A stretch of 63,785 nt of DNA, the filler included, from Collodictyon triciliatum (lineage: Eukaryota), in the NCBI GenBank assembly GCA_043381765.1. It is 16 parts of 16 records of this genome, joined end to end, with 100 filler letters (N's around TTAATTAATTAA, not from the genome) between each part and the next. Parts side by side here need not be neighbours in the genome. Positions count along the whole stretch, not along the records: positions 47,949 to 51,833 come from JBHJMP010006755.1; positions 51,934 to 55,817 come from JBHJMP010006756.1; positions 55,918 to 59,801 come from JBHJMP010006757.1; positions 59,902 to 63,785 come from JBHJMP010006758.1; 12 more parts are not named here. The stretch is one strand, 5' to 3'. Numbering within the stretch: the stretch's first letter is position 1; every line of letters starts with the position of its first letter. Below the pieces are notes generated by a model, which did no database searches, was not told where the DNA came from, and worked only from the letters and a program-made list of their open reading frames with translations. The translations under genes were made by a program, and so were the position numbers. Below are positions 48,477 through 60,016 of this stretch, one piece after another.

Positions 48477-51404
48477 ATGGATGCATTTTTACAAGAGAGA
48501 ATAAAGTTTAACGGAAGTACTTTAGATTTTGTAAAACAGAAGTTATCAAAAGGAACAGGAACTTTAAAAATAGATGCACTTCTGGCATTACCAGGATTTG
48601 ATACTCTTTCAAGAAAAGCAAGTAACACTAACTTTTTATTAAATTGGATAGCACAAATAAGATATGGCACTTATGAAAGAGCTAATTTAGTTATTAACCA
48701 ATTTATCGCTGCTAATCAAAATGATCCTAATGCAATATCTGCATTTGTACGGGATGAATGGGGTAATGCTAGATTAGATAAAGATACTCTTCTCAGAAAC
48801 GTAGCGACGACCATGGACGTAGAAATTGCAAGAAGGCAAAGTATCGGTGAATTGCCCCTATACCCCTCTGCTGCTCCTACTGTTGCTCCTGCTCCCGCTG
48901 CTCCCGCTGTCCCAATCTTTGCCGCTGCAAATCAATTAGAATATGGAACTGCAGAGGATTACAAAAGAGCCGTCAAAGAAATAAATGGCGTCTTGCCAAC
49001 TGGAAAAGCCAATCTAAGAGATCTAAATAAGTGGCAGGAAATATTAAATAGTGTTCGACAAACACGAGCTCAATTAATTGCAGAAATACAACAAGCCTAT
49101 CCAAGAGGCGACCCAAATGAGTACATGGACAAAAATAATAAAGAGTTGACACAATTTATAAAACTATTACCTGCTATTAAGGACGAACAACAGGATCCAA
49201 GTCTAGCACCTGGTCCAGTATTTGGACCTCAAAGTCCGGCACCTCAACCAGCCCAATCTGCTGCTAAACAACCAGCTCAACCTCAACCTCAACCTCAAGC
49301 AGGTTCTGATAATGATACATATGAAATTCCTGTTCTAGGGTTGACTAATCTAAATAAAAGATTAATAAAGTATATCTATGTCATTTTATATAAAAATAGA
49401 AACTTTCCGGAAGTTTTACAACGAATGCAAGATCAAAATAAAAAATATCAATATATCACTTATTGGTTGAACTTCATTTTTCATTATTATGGAAGTCAGG
49501 ATCCTACTTTTATTGATAATGCCCGACGAGACATAGTAGAAAGAACTGCTGTTTTACCAAGTAGGTACAAAATGCCTATGCAACTTTATGATATGAGTGA
49601 CATCACTCCTCAATTAGAAAGTGACATACTAAAAACTCATGCTTTGGCTATTCAAATGCCATTGGATCAAAAGACTATTCCAGTAACTCTTACAGAAAAT
49701 GCTCAGGGGGTATTTGATGAAAATACTATAGATGTTAACATGACTGGAGAAATTCGGCCTGCTGCAAGTCCAGCTATTCAAAGACAAGGCAGCTTTTTAG
49801 CGGCTGTTGCAACTAGCCCCATTATGCCTATTGCAATTCCAACAACAACAACACCCGCTAGACCTACTCCTGGCCCAATTGCACAAAGTGGAACTAGACC
49901 TCCTAGACCTCCTATAACCCCCGGGCCTGCTGCTGGGCCGGCATTTGCTACTCCGGTTATTCAAAGGTCTAGACCAGCAGCAGGCCAACAAAATCTAATT
50001 TCTCCACCTGACCCAAATGCAAGCGTTGCTGATGCGTCGTTTGTTTCTGCTCAATCGAATATTCCTAGCCCTATAGATACGTCTGTCCCTGTACAATTGG
50101 GACCAGGTGCTTTTCAGCTATCTGACTTGGCTCAAGCAAATGCACATATTGCTGGACTGCATAATCAAATAGGTCTAAAAGATGTTGAAATTGCGAATAT
50201 GCAAGCTGTTGTTCAACAGGAAAGAAGAGACGCACAAATCGCTACAAATCTAGTTGAGCGACTTACAAATGAAAATGATGCATTAACACTAGAAAGTGCA
50301 GCTCTTCAGAATGAACGTGATACTTTGACAACTCAAAGGGACGCTTTACAGGCTGAACTGGATAATGTAAAAGCCGCATTGGAACAAAATGAAGAGACAC
50401 TAGAAACTATTACTAATCAAAGAAACCAATTTCAGGAAGAAAGAGATACATTGTTACAACAAATAAATCAAATTCGAGCATCAAATCAACAAGCAGTATT
50501 TAATACAACCGAGCGGGCTAAAACACAAATTCAAGAAAGAGATGCACGTATACAAGAACTTGAGACAGAGATAGAAAGACTACAAGGTGAAAATGAAACA
50601 CTAACAGATGAAAAAAATAATTTAGAAGCTCAACTTTTGGAGATTACCCAACAATTAGAAAATGCAGTTCAAGGTAATCTGCAATTACAACAACAAATTC
50701 AACAACAGAATGCACAAATGGGCAACCAACAAACTGAAATAGATAGACTCAATGGATTAATGAGAGAGTATCACAATTTAGCTCAAAGAACACAGACAGA
50801 TCTACAAAATCAATTAACGGAATTACAGGGTGATTTTGATACTGCTGTAAATAATTTAAATGAAGAGAAAAACATGGTAGGAAGAAGAAATAATATGATT
50901 ATACAACTTCGAGAACAATTAGCTAGAGCTGAAGCATCGGCAGAACAAGGAGGTAGAAAGACCTTTTCGGATTTACGAAGAGAACAGGAGTTACGAGCAA
51001 GAGCTGAAGCACTTTATGCCGAAACAGATCGTATAGCTCAAAGAATGATTGAAATGAATGAACAAGAAATAGAAAGACTAAAAGCCGTTATCGCTCGTAG
51101 GCGACAAGAAAATGACGATTTAGTTTTAAGGTTAGCAAATGAGAATAGACAAAGTACTGATTTGACCCGACAATTAGAAAGAAAGGATGAAGAAATTGCT
51201 GAACTAAATATTGAATTAGCTGCATTACATAAACGCAATGATGACATAGTTATAGAAATGAATGAAAGAATAGCCGCATTAACAGGCGGACCAGATTGGG
51301 AAGACGTTGATGATCCATCTAAACAAAAGAAAAATCTTAGTAATGATATGCCACCAAAAAAAATATCCGAGATCTTGCAAAACAAGATAGAGCTAAGTTG
51401 TTAG
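48477..51404 (+). CDS. Large intronless hypothetical protein with Pro/Ala-rich linkers and a long coiled coil
   Basis: 975-aa ORF with consistent A/T-ending codon bias and a heptad-like E/Q/L-rich region of about 380 aa. Confidence 0.85.
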   Translation: MDAFLQERIKFNGSTLDFVKQKLSKGTGTLKIDALLALPGFDTLSRKASNTNFLLNWIAQIRYGTYERANLVINQFIAANQNDPNAISAFVRDEWGNARLDKDTLLRNVATTMDVEIARRQSIGELPLYPSAAPTVAPAPAAPAVPIFAAANQLEYGTAEDYKRAVKEINGVLPTGKANLRDLNKWQEILNSVRQTRAQLIAEIQQAYPRGDPNEYMDKNNKELTQFIKLLPAIKDEQQDPSLAPGPVFGPQSPAPQPAQSAAKQPAQPQPQPQAGSDNDTYEIPVLGLTNLNKRLIKYIYVILYKNRNFPEVLQRMQDQNKKYQYITYWLNFIFHYYGSQDPTFIDNARRDIVERTAVLPSRYKMPMQLYDMSDITPQLESDILKTHALAIQMPLDQKTIPVTLTENAQGVFDENTIDVNMTGEIRPAASPAIQRQGSFLAAVATSPIMPIAIPTTTTPARPTPGPIAQSGTRPPRPPITPGPAAGPAFATPVIQRSRPAAGQQNLISPPDPNASVADASFVSAQSNIPSPIDTSVPVQLGPGAFQLSDLAQANAHIAGLHNQIGLKDVEIANMQAVVQQERRDAQIATNLVERLTNENDALTLESAALQNERDTLTTQRDALQAELDNVKAALEQNEETLETITNQRNQFQEERDTLLQQINQIRASNQQAVFNTTERAKTQIQERDARIQELETEIERLQGENETLTDEKNNLEAQLLEITQQLENAVQGNLQLQQQIQQQNAQMGNQQTEIDRLNGLMREYHNLAQRTQTDLQNQLTELQGDFDTAVNNLNEEKNMVGRRNNMIIQLREQLARAEASAEQGGRKTFSDLRREQELRARAEALYAETDRIAQRMIEMNEQEIERLKAVIARRRQENDDLVLRLANENRQSTDLTRQLERKDEEIAELNIELAALHKRNDDIVIEMNERIAALTGGPDWEDVDDPSKQKKNLSNDMPPKKISEILQNKIELSC

Positions 51405-51429
51405 ATCCCCAATTGAAAAAGAAAAAAAA

Positions 51430-51833
51430 GCATTTCATGGAACTCCAGGGGCATATATGCAAACAGATGAATATGCACAAAAATATGGCAGGCCATTTGC
51501 TCAGTCTCCTTCTCCCTCTGATTTTGTAGCACCAAGTCCTAATGTAGACGCTTTACTGGACCCCAACCGCCACCCTAAAATGTTAAGCCCATATAAAAGC
51601 AAAGCACCAAGTCCACCTATGTACGGTCAAAGTGGGGCTGGACAACCTGTTCCAATAAATCCAGGTGCTAGTCCAATAATTACAAATACAAGACCCGGCG
51701 GAACTGCACCAACGGGTGGCTTAGGAGGAGCCGGCGGTGCTCCTGGTGCAGGAGGTCCTGGTGGTCCTCTTGGTGGACCTTTTCTAGGTCAGAATCCTTT
51801 CGGTAATCCTTTCGGTAATCCTTTTGGTGGGGG
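51430..51833 (+). CDS. Pro/Gly-rich ORF with PPxY and NPF motifs, probably a continuation of the upstream frame, 3'-partial
   Basis: AFHGTPGAYMQTDEYAQ...SPPMYG...QNPFGNPFGNPFGG, with the same codon bias as the upstream ORF. Confidence 0.65.
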
Positions 51834-52325
51834 NNNNNNNNNNNNNNNNNNNNNNNNNNNNNNNNNNNNNNNNNNNNTTAATTAATTAANNNNNNNNNNN
51901 NNNNNNNNNNNNNNNNNNNNNNNNNNNNNNNNNTATTTTATTATTTTATTATTTTATTATTTTATTATTTTATTATTTTATTATTTTATTATTTTATTAT
52001 TTTATTATTTTATTATTTTATTATTTTATTTTTTTTGTTCATTCAATTCAAATCTCAGGAGGCTGAGCCATACACAATCATACACCCCCCGGTAACCATG
52101 AATATCTAATGTTCCTCATGCTGCACTTTCTGGCTGTGAACAATATGCAACATATAGCATACCGTGTGTGGGCTCTGGAACGGATGATTTATTTAGAATT
52201 TAGAAAATATCCTCCCTTGGAATGTGAATTTATTTATTTTTGTCGATTTGTTACCATATGAAAAACTTGCGCGTGGGTGTAATAAGAAAATCTTTTTGTG
52301 GGTATCAAAGGGAAGGAGAGTAATC

Positions 52326-52380
52326 AAAAAAAAAATTGGTGCGATCTTTGAATCGAATGAAGGAAAAAAAATGGTGCGAT
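52326..52380 (+). mobile_element. Ultra-short retroposed insert (52346-52371) with a target-site duplication
   Basis: aaaaaaaaaattggtgcgat [ctttgaatcgaatgaagg] aaaaaaaatggtgcgat. Confidence 0.75.
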
Positions 52381-52505
52381 AGAGCTTTCAAATAGCTCAT
52401 GCCTCAACTTGTTTGTGTTGTTGTTTTTCTTATTCTTCCTTTCGATTTGTGCAAGATTAAATGCTGATTGTTTATTTGTTTGCAGTTTATGAAGGTCAAA
52501 CACGT

Positions 52506-54750
52506 TTAGCTTTCAGGTGCTCTTCTCTTCAGGTGTGGGATGTTTATAACAAGTACTTTTTCCTCGTTGGAATCTAGATTTCCCAGAAGCGCCTTTCTTT
52601 GGAGGTCTATCACACACGAGTTTCCGGCAAAAGTTGTTCCCTGTTCGGTTCCAGTTCTATTGGCAAGAGCAAAGAAGCACCTTGTTCGGAGTGAATTTGT
52701 GTTATTTCTTCAATAAAGAACCCAAGTTCGTAACTAGTTCAGACTGCAAAATTAAATTCTGTGTATGCGTGTGTGGGTGCTGGATTGACAAATGAAAAAG
52801 GAAAAGACGAAAATATGCTACAATATGAATATAGAAATGATAGCTACATAATGAGTACTCACTTTTTTCCAAACAAGGGAGATAATCTATTGCCCCAGTA
52901 TTGTATTGTATCAATGCCATTGTCTCCTGACTGTAATTGAAATTTGTGAATAAAAATCGAAACTCATAGGGTCGATGCACCCTTTGTGGATATAGAACCG
53001 TATAAAGTAAATAATTATATTCTAATGAAGATTATAAAGGGCTATATGCAAGATTCCATTTTGAAAGTTTCCGTCATACCAAACATCATGAATAATACCA
53101 GAATTATTTAATTGCTTTTACAGGTGAAAAATCCTGATAGAAATCTATAGAAATAGTACCGATAACCACGCTGATGAAAATGCAATAAGGTCAACTTTGT
53201 TTGAAAGATGAAAATTTGCAAACTCTTTCAGATCGTAGGGGGCGATAAAGTCCTTTTATAATTTATAGAATGTGTCAAATTCGGTCGAGTATTCAGGTTG
53301 CTTTAAGACTATTGTATAATTAGTTTTCAAATTTTCATCAAGAAGAAAAGTAATATATCATGCATGAATCTCAACCACTCGTTCGAAAAGAGTATTCCCT
53401 TTCGGCAGAACTAGTATTCAGTGCAGTAAGTTCCCTTTCAATTAAACATACAAAGAAATACCTTTGGATTGATATCCATGCAAATTCCGAATCCTATCTA
53501 TGTAGATGAGGTTGGTGTTATATATTGTTTGTTCCGAGTTTATATACACAAAACAGACCAAAAATACACCTGGGATTGTGAGTATATTTTGAAAATAGAG
53601 AAAGTTGAGCTAATATTATGACGGCGTTCATATCATCACAGACGAGATATTCAAGTCAAGGACCTAGTCATACCCTTCCTATTTCAGGGACATCGATGAA
53701 TTTGAAGCCACTTCCTTCTTCAGCCCAAGTTTTATCGGTGTCGTACAAGAAACTTTTTTGATAAGTCAATAATAAAGCTCCACTAGGATCCACAAAACAG
53801 GCACTGTTATAGTATTTCACGCCCCCGCTTTCATCTATACCAAGAAGAAAAAAACAGTAATTACTTTTGTAAAAGAAATTTTTTAAACTTTGTAACCAAA
53901 TACAACAGGAACGATGTGACAGAATCACGGAAGAGTCCAAATTACTTGGCATGGAGGGAAATAAAAATGACGACCCCGAGTCGTGGATTCCTTCATATAT
54001 TTAATTGATGCTCAGACCTGTGACTCGTTGGGGATATCCAGCCATGACAAAACAGTTTAATCTAAGTGCATGTTTTGCACACCACCGATAGGTTTCTCCC
54101 CTTTCGTCTTCTGTGTGAGGTGCGATGTCGGTTTTATCGGAAAACATGTATCCTGTTAAATTAAAATGTTTGAGGTGGTTGTTTTTCTTGTTTATTTTCG
54201 GTAATGAAATATACTATGCTCACTCAATTCTGCCAGAGAAGGAGAAGGAGAAGGAGAAGGAGAAGGAGAAGGAGAAGGAGAAGGAGAAGGAGAAGGAGAA
54301 GGAGAAGGAGAAGGAGAAGGAGAAGGAGAAGGAGAAGGAGAAGGGAAAAAACTTTGAAACTTTCCTAAGATTTCTTGAATGTTTTACTTATGGTGAGAAT
54401 ATGTATCTTATTTGATATTTCTTACATTATTACCTTAAAGAGAAGGGATTTATGCAAAAATGGTATTTTATTTTGGAAAGAATAATCGAGAACTTATCTT
54501 ACTTTGATCACTGATAAACAATAAAGGAATGAATAACTGAGAGGAGTGAATGACAAAAAAAAATGCTAGAAAAAATACCTGAAAATCCCATCTCTGGACA
54601 GATGATTAGGTCGACCTGGCTATCAGTATCCAGGCATTCCAGTAAGTTATCCGCTTTAATGCGAGATTTTTCAGAGTCTTTAAAAACTGGAGTCAGCTGC
54701 AGCAAAGCTTTTTGCAAGTAGTATAAAGTCAGTGTCTTGAATATCAGTCC
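52506..54750 (-). CDS. Nitrilase-superfamily protein N-terminal amidase (NTA1-like), multi-exon, start uncertain
   Basis: DLIICPEMGFSGY (Glu), YNS, YQKSFLYDTDKTWAEEG (Lys), GICMDINP (Cys), YWGNRLSPL and ANRTGTE..TFAGNS. Confidence 0.88.
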
Positions 54751-55535
54751 TCTGAAAATAAAAAAAAAATACTTGGCCGAGAGTGGAAATAAGCTTCAGT
54801 TTATGGACATGGTGACAGAACGAGACAGGTGAGTGCTAAATCCTCAAAGAGAAAGAAAAAAGAAAAAAAACTAAATAAGCAACTAAAAAACTGAGAAAAA
54901 GAAAAAGAAAAAGTAAAGAATGAAAGTGAAGCGACTCTATGTGAATTATGAACTGTGTTGTTTAGGCAATAGAGACTGATATGTGTGGGTGGTTTTTCAT
55001 AGAACTAATTGATGAGAGGAAGTAGAGAGTTGAATATGAAGAGGCATCCCTACCGATTTTCATGTGGCCAGCCCTGTCTTTTGTTCGATCGCCTTCTTGC
55101 TCTTGTTGCCCTCCTTGTTTGATGCAAGGCTGCTTTCTCGCGGGATTCTTAGATCTACCAGCATGGAGATTTATTCAGGTAAATCCGAATATTATTTATA
55201 TCTGGAAAATATAATAAATATACTCTTTTTCTTCAGAAGATCGTATGTAAAATTATTAGACCATGTGAACTGAATACAGTATATAAATAATGTATTTGAG
55301 TAATCAATGGAATACTATTCGTTTGAATTTTTGAATGAAACATAGACATTCGTCACGGAAAAGTCGGTGTCTACAGATATCTAACCAAAAAATGCACCTT
55401 TTAACAGAAACCGTTTACCCAAAATGTATGAGTAGGATAAAGTGAATAGATTCTGACTAACCCTCAACGGAACCGTTACAACAAGGGTACATATTGTCCA
55501 TAGGAATAGAACAGAGAGGGCGTATGCGTGTGTGA

Positions 55536-55817
<282 letters not shown>

Positions 55818-55917
55818 NNNNNNNNNNNNNNNNNNNNNNNNNNNNNNNNNNNNNNNNNNNNTTAATTAATTAANNNNNNNNNNNNNNNNNNNNNNNNNNN
55901 NNNNNNNNNNNNNNNNN

Positions 55918-58900
55918 AAAGTACACAATATATCCCACCTTTGTAGTCTCCAGGGTTGTCGTGGAGTGTTGGTCCCTGAAAAATAAAGCCTGCAAACATG
56001 ATGCTGAAGGTCACCAAAGTCAATTCCCTTTGTCTCCACTATCGAAAATGGGTCACTCTTTTGGTACGAGTCCCTAATGATAAATAAAAAAGTTTTTTTT
56101 TTTTTGGATTTAATGTCATCATATCTTTTGTCAATACTGACGTTTCGACATTTTATACTGCTTCACTGCTCTCAATTTTTCTATTTATACATCAACATAA
56201 AAGGAAACTATACGATAAAATAGCATGACAGTAATGTTTTTCTTCAAAAAAAAAAATAAACAAATAAATAAGAAGCTACATAGATGGACGAGAAAAATCC
56301 AACAGTGGTGTAGATTGCGCGTAATCCAAACTGCGTTTTCGTTGATAAGACTTCCAGAGGAAATATTCCTATCATCGATGGGACAATAGAAAAGTGTCTG
56401 AAAACATGTCCCAAGACATTGATAACACACGATATAATAACCTGTTCAAGAGAGTGATATATACGAATGCATGAATTACAACTTGATTCTACAAGCAATC
56501 GACCGCCATACCCTAACAAAGTACACCAACAATACAACTACAATCAACACTGCCCAAAACACCAGGTAAAATAGAGCCCCTCCTAACTTATCCGATGCAA
56601 TCCCACCAATCGTATCTAGAAAATAATCAATGATTTGTTCAATGAGCAAAGTAATGTGCATACCAAAAACATATGTTATTCGTGGACAAAATCTCCATCA
56701 AGGAGTACTGACTTACCGCAAGAAGAATGCATGTATCCTTCATCACACGAATATGGACACTCAGAAGAAGCCCATCCATCTGTCGTGTAATACGCATGTT
56801 CAGGCGCATTTGCGCACTCGAAGCAATCTGTATCGGTGGCCCTGCTGTACGTGCCAGCTTTACATTCCACACAGTTGAATCCGCCTCGGCCACCGGGGCA
56901 CGATGTCCACGTTATGGTGCCGTCTTCACCATCTCCTTTCTCTGCATCGTCATCATATACATCAGCATATGCACCAGCATCTACTTTCCAAAAAACAGCA
57001 GCCTTTCTCTCAGCTTCAATCTTGTCTGCATCGTCAACTCGATGGACTCTTTTTGCAGCCCCGCTCCTTGCAACATCCCCACCGCCGTTTCCGCCGAAGG
57101 CCGAATACCCACCGATGAAATCCAGGATGGGCTCGGACCCGTCATCGGGCGAGACATACTCTACCTTGATTCGCCCACCGCCGCCTCCACCTCCGCCAAA
57201 CCAGCCGTCTCCTCCGTCTGCGCTGATCCTGCCTGATCCGAGGAACGACCGAACTTTTGCAGAGACGAATCCTCCGCTCCCGCCGCCGCCTCCGATGGGT
57301 GTGCTCGATGCGCCGTTTGGCGACCCCAAAGAGACCAGCGAATCATCCGCTGCCGAATCACCGTCTGCCATGACTATCCCGTCCACCCGAAGAACAGCTG
57401 CCCCTTCCAAAGAAATAAAACCTCCTCCGTCTCCGCCAATCCCGTCCGGTCCTCCGCCACCGGACCCGCCGATATCTGTATCGAGGCTGGCTCCATATGT
57501 CGCTCCACCTTTGGAGATGGCGCTGCCTGTCATTCCAAGTCCGCCTTTCCCTCCAAACCCGGCGCCTCCGCCAGAGACGTTAGGAACAGTTTCTCCGGCA
57601 CCTGGTCCGCTTCCGCTTCCACATCCAAGAGCTATGGATGAATTAGATGCAATCGTCAGGATGGAATAACTGTGCGTTGATATAAAGAAGGTTCTTTCAC
57701 ACGGCAAGGTGGTAAGGGGGCAAGAAGATAATGCAGGAAATAAACTTCAAATAATTAGTTACTGAAGGGATGGCAGATATGATGGAAATTCATAAATTGT
57801 ATGTATTTTTGGGTATCGTCATCAATCATCATCAATATTATTGTTAAAAATTCCATATGAACGAAATGGTTCGTTCATACTGGGCGTAATTTCAAGTGAA
57901 CGAGGAAAAAAAAAAAAAAAAGGGAAAATCTTGTTAACCTGAAGATGCAACAACACCATAAATGAACAAAGAATTGGCAGTCATTTTGATATATCCTCCT
58001 TGTACATAACCATTGTCATTAATTGTCAAAGTCTGCAGAGCAGTCAGAGAAATAAACTCCGAGGGATACCCTTGACAAAATCGAGACGGTAAAAGGATGA
58101 CACCGCTGATGTCGATTGTATTCGCTACGATGGCGATTCGAGTCGCACGGATGATTGAGAAAACACTGGCATAAACTGTTCTCATGTTGATCAGATTGAC
58201 TTCGTCGTCCGCAATGATAGAGCCCTAGAGAAGACAAATAAAACATTAGATTATCACCATAGTTTCTTTTTGTAGGTTTTTTTTTTTTTTGGTTACAGCT
58301 TATTACAGCAATTTATTTGAATCGCATGTGTATGATAACAAGTTGAAATGATCACCGATAATTCTATGTCTCCATCGATAACCTTCAAATCATCTCCTAT
58401 CTCTATACGCCCATTTTCGAGCACTTGTATATTAATCGACCCACTATCCCCTCCACTAAATGCCAGAAGAGTGAGCGTGCGCTCAGCCAAGAAAAGGGCA
58501 TTGGATGCGACCAATATATCACTAGTGTAGATTTGTTGGATAGATGACTGAACTCTTAAAATGCCATAAGGGGAGACGACCACAGCATCCTCAATCAGCA
58601 CATTTTGGATGACCTTTGATTCCACCTGTGATGGGACATAAATGAATGCAAATCCATGGGCATCAACAGTGAGCTTTCGAACTGGGCTTTCTAAGAACGG
58701 TAGATAAAGTGGCGTTTCGAACGACTTTCCTTCTTGATTGTGCGCAAAAAGATGCAGTTGTTTCACGTAGTATATAGTTCCACCTCCAGCTAGAATATCA
58801 CAGGTACTCCTGCCACCAAAGACAGATGTGTAATCACTATTCTGTGATGCCTGGTACCACAACGCAATCCGACCACCTGCACCAGCCCCAGGTTGCTCAA

Positions 58901-59801
58901 GATTTGATGACGGACTTACGGCATCTCCTCCGTTTGCAGATATTAAATAATCTGATGGATTGAACAGAGTGTTACACCTGATTTGAATCGAGCCACCACC
59001 GCCACCGCCATTGTTCCCTTTGCTTTCCATTCCATTGGCGGTTATCTTGGAGCTTTGTAACTGAATTCGGTCGCACTCGATCTGAATCACGCCACCTCCA
59101 TTACTACACAGCTGAGTCTGTTTGCAATCAGTATAAGCGGATGCTTTGGATTTCGATATATCGTATCTGTAGAATGGATACTTAATTGGTTGTGCTGCAG
59201 TATTTCTCTCCCTTATAGTACTGTTGTTATCTGATAAGAATCCAGGCTGGCCAGCCTCGATGGGGTATTCAAAGCTCCCAAATGCCCATGCTTCAGAAAT
59301 CGACCTGCCACAAATCGCACCATTCCCACCATGGGCACCTCCGCTCATTGGACCAGAGAAGTCTGTGACATTTGCAAATTTACCAAGTCCATCAGAGTTT
59401 ATATGAGACCGTCTAAGTGTGATAGTGTTTCCATATATATTAATGAAGCCAGCCAGAAGTGTGGTTGAGTCTAGCACAATGTTATTTTTTGTGGCGATAG
59501 ACAGATACCCTTCAATACCGGCTGATATGTAACTCGATTGGAAACTGCCAGTAGATGAGTCTATATTCATGGATATGACTCCTCCTCGGGTATTCGTCTG
59601 AATAATACCGCTGATTTGAAAAGAAAGTGGACAGGTGGCGCTAGGCGAAGCAGAAGGCCCGAGGCTTATCGATGATGCAGACCATACTGATGTCGAAGCC
59701 ATAAACAGAGCTGACGAATTCATATGAAGAACATAATCTGATGTAATATTCCCATAAATGAGCACATCACAGTTGGAATTTATGCGAAGGTTTTGGTTTG
59801 G
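55918..59801 (-). CDS. Large glycine-rich membrane protein (family of plant glycine-rich/'ephrin type-B receptor'-annotated proteins), partial at both ends
   Basis: Repeated SGGAHGG, GGGVI, GGGGGGSI and GAGGRI blocks. Then CPGGRGGFNCVECKAGTY...C..C.NAPEHAYY...CPYSC..GY...C, followed by hydrophobic segments. Confidence 0.8.
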
Positions 59802-59901
59802 NNNNNNNNNNNNNNNNNNNNNNNNNNNNNNNNNNNNNNNNNNNNTTAATTAATTAANNNNNNNNNNNNNNNNNNNNNNNNNNNNNNNNNNNNNNNNNNN
59901 N

Positions 59902-59987
<86 letters not shown>

Positions 59988-60016
59988 GTTATTATTGTTA
60001 TAATTATTTTGAGCAG

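Noticed and set aside
43963-51833. Fanzor and virus-like ORFs as one element
   Set aside because: They are separated by an artificial linker and lie on different contigs.
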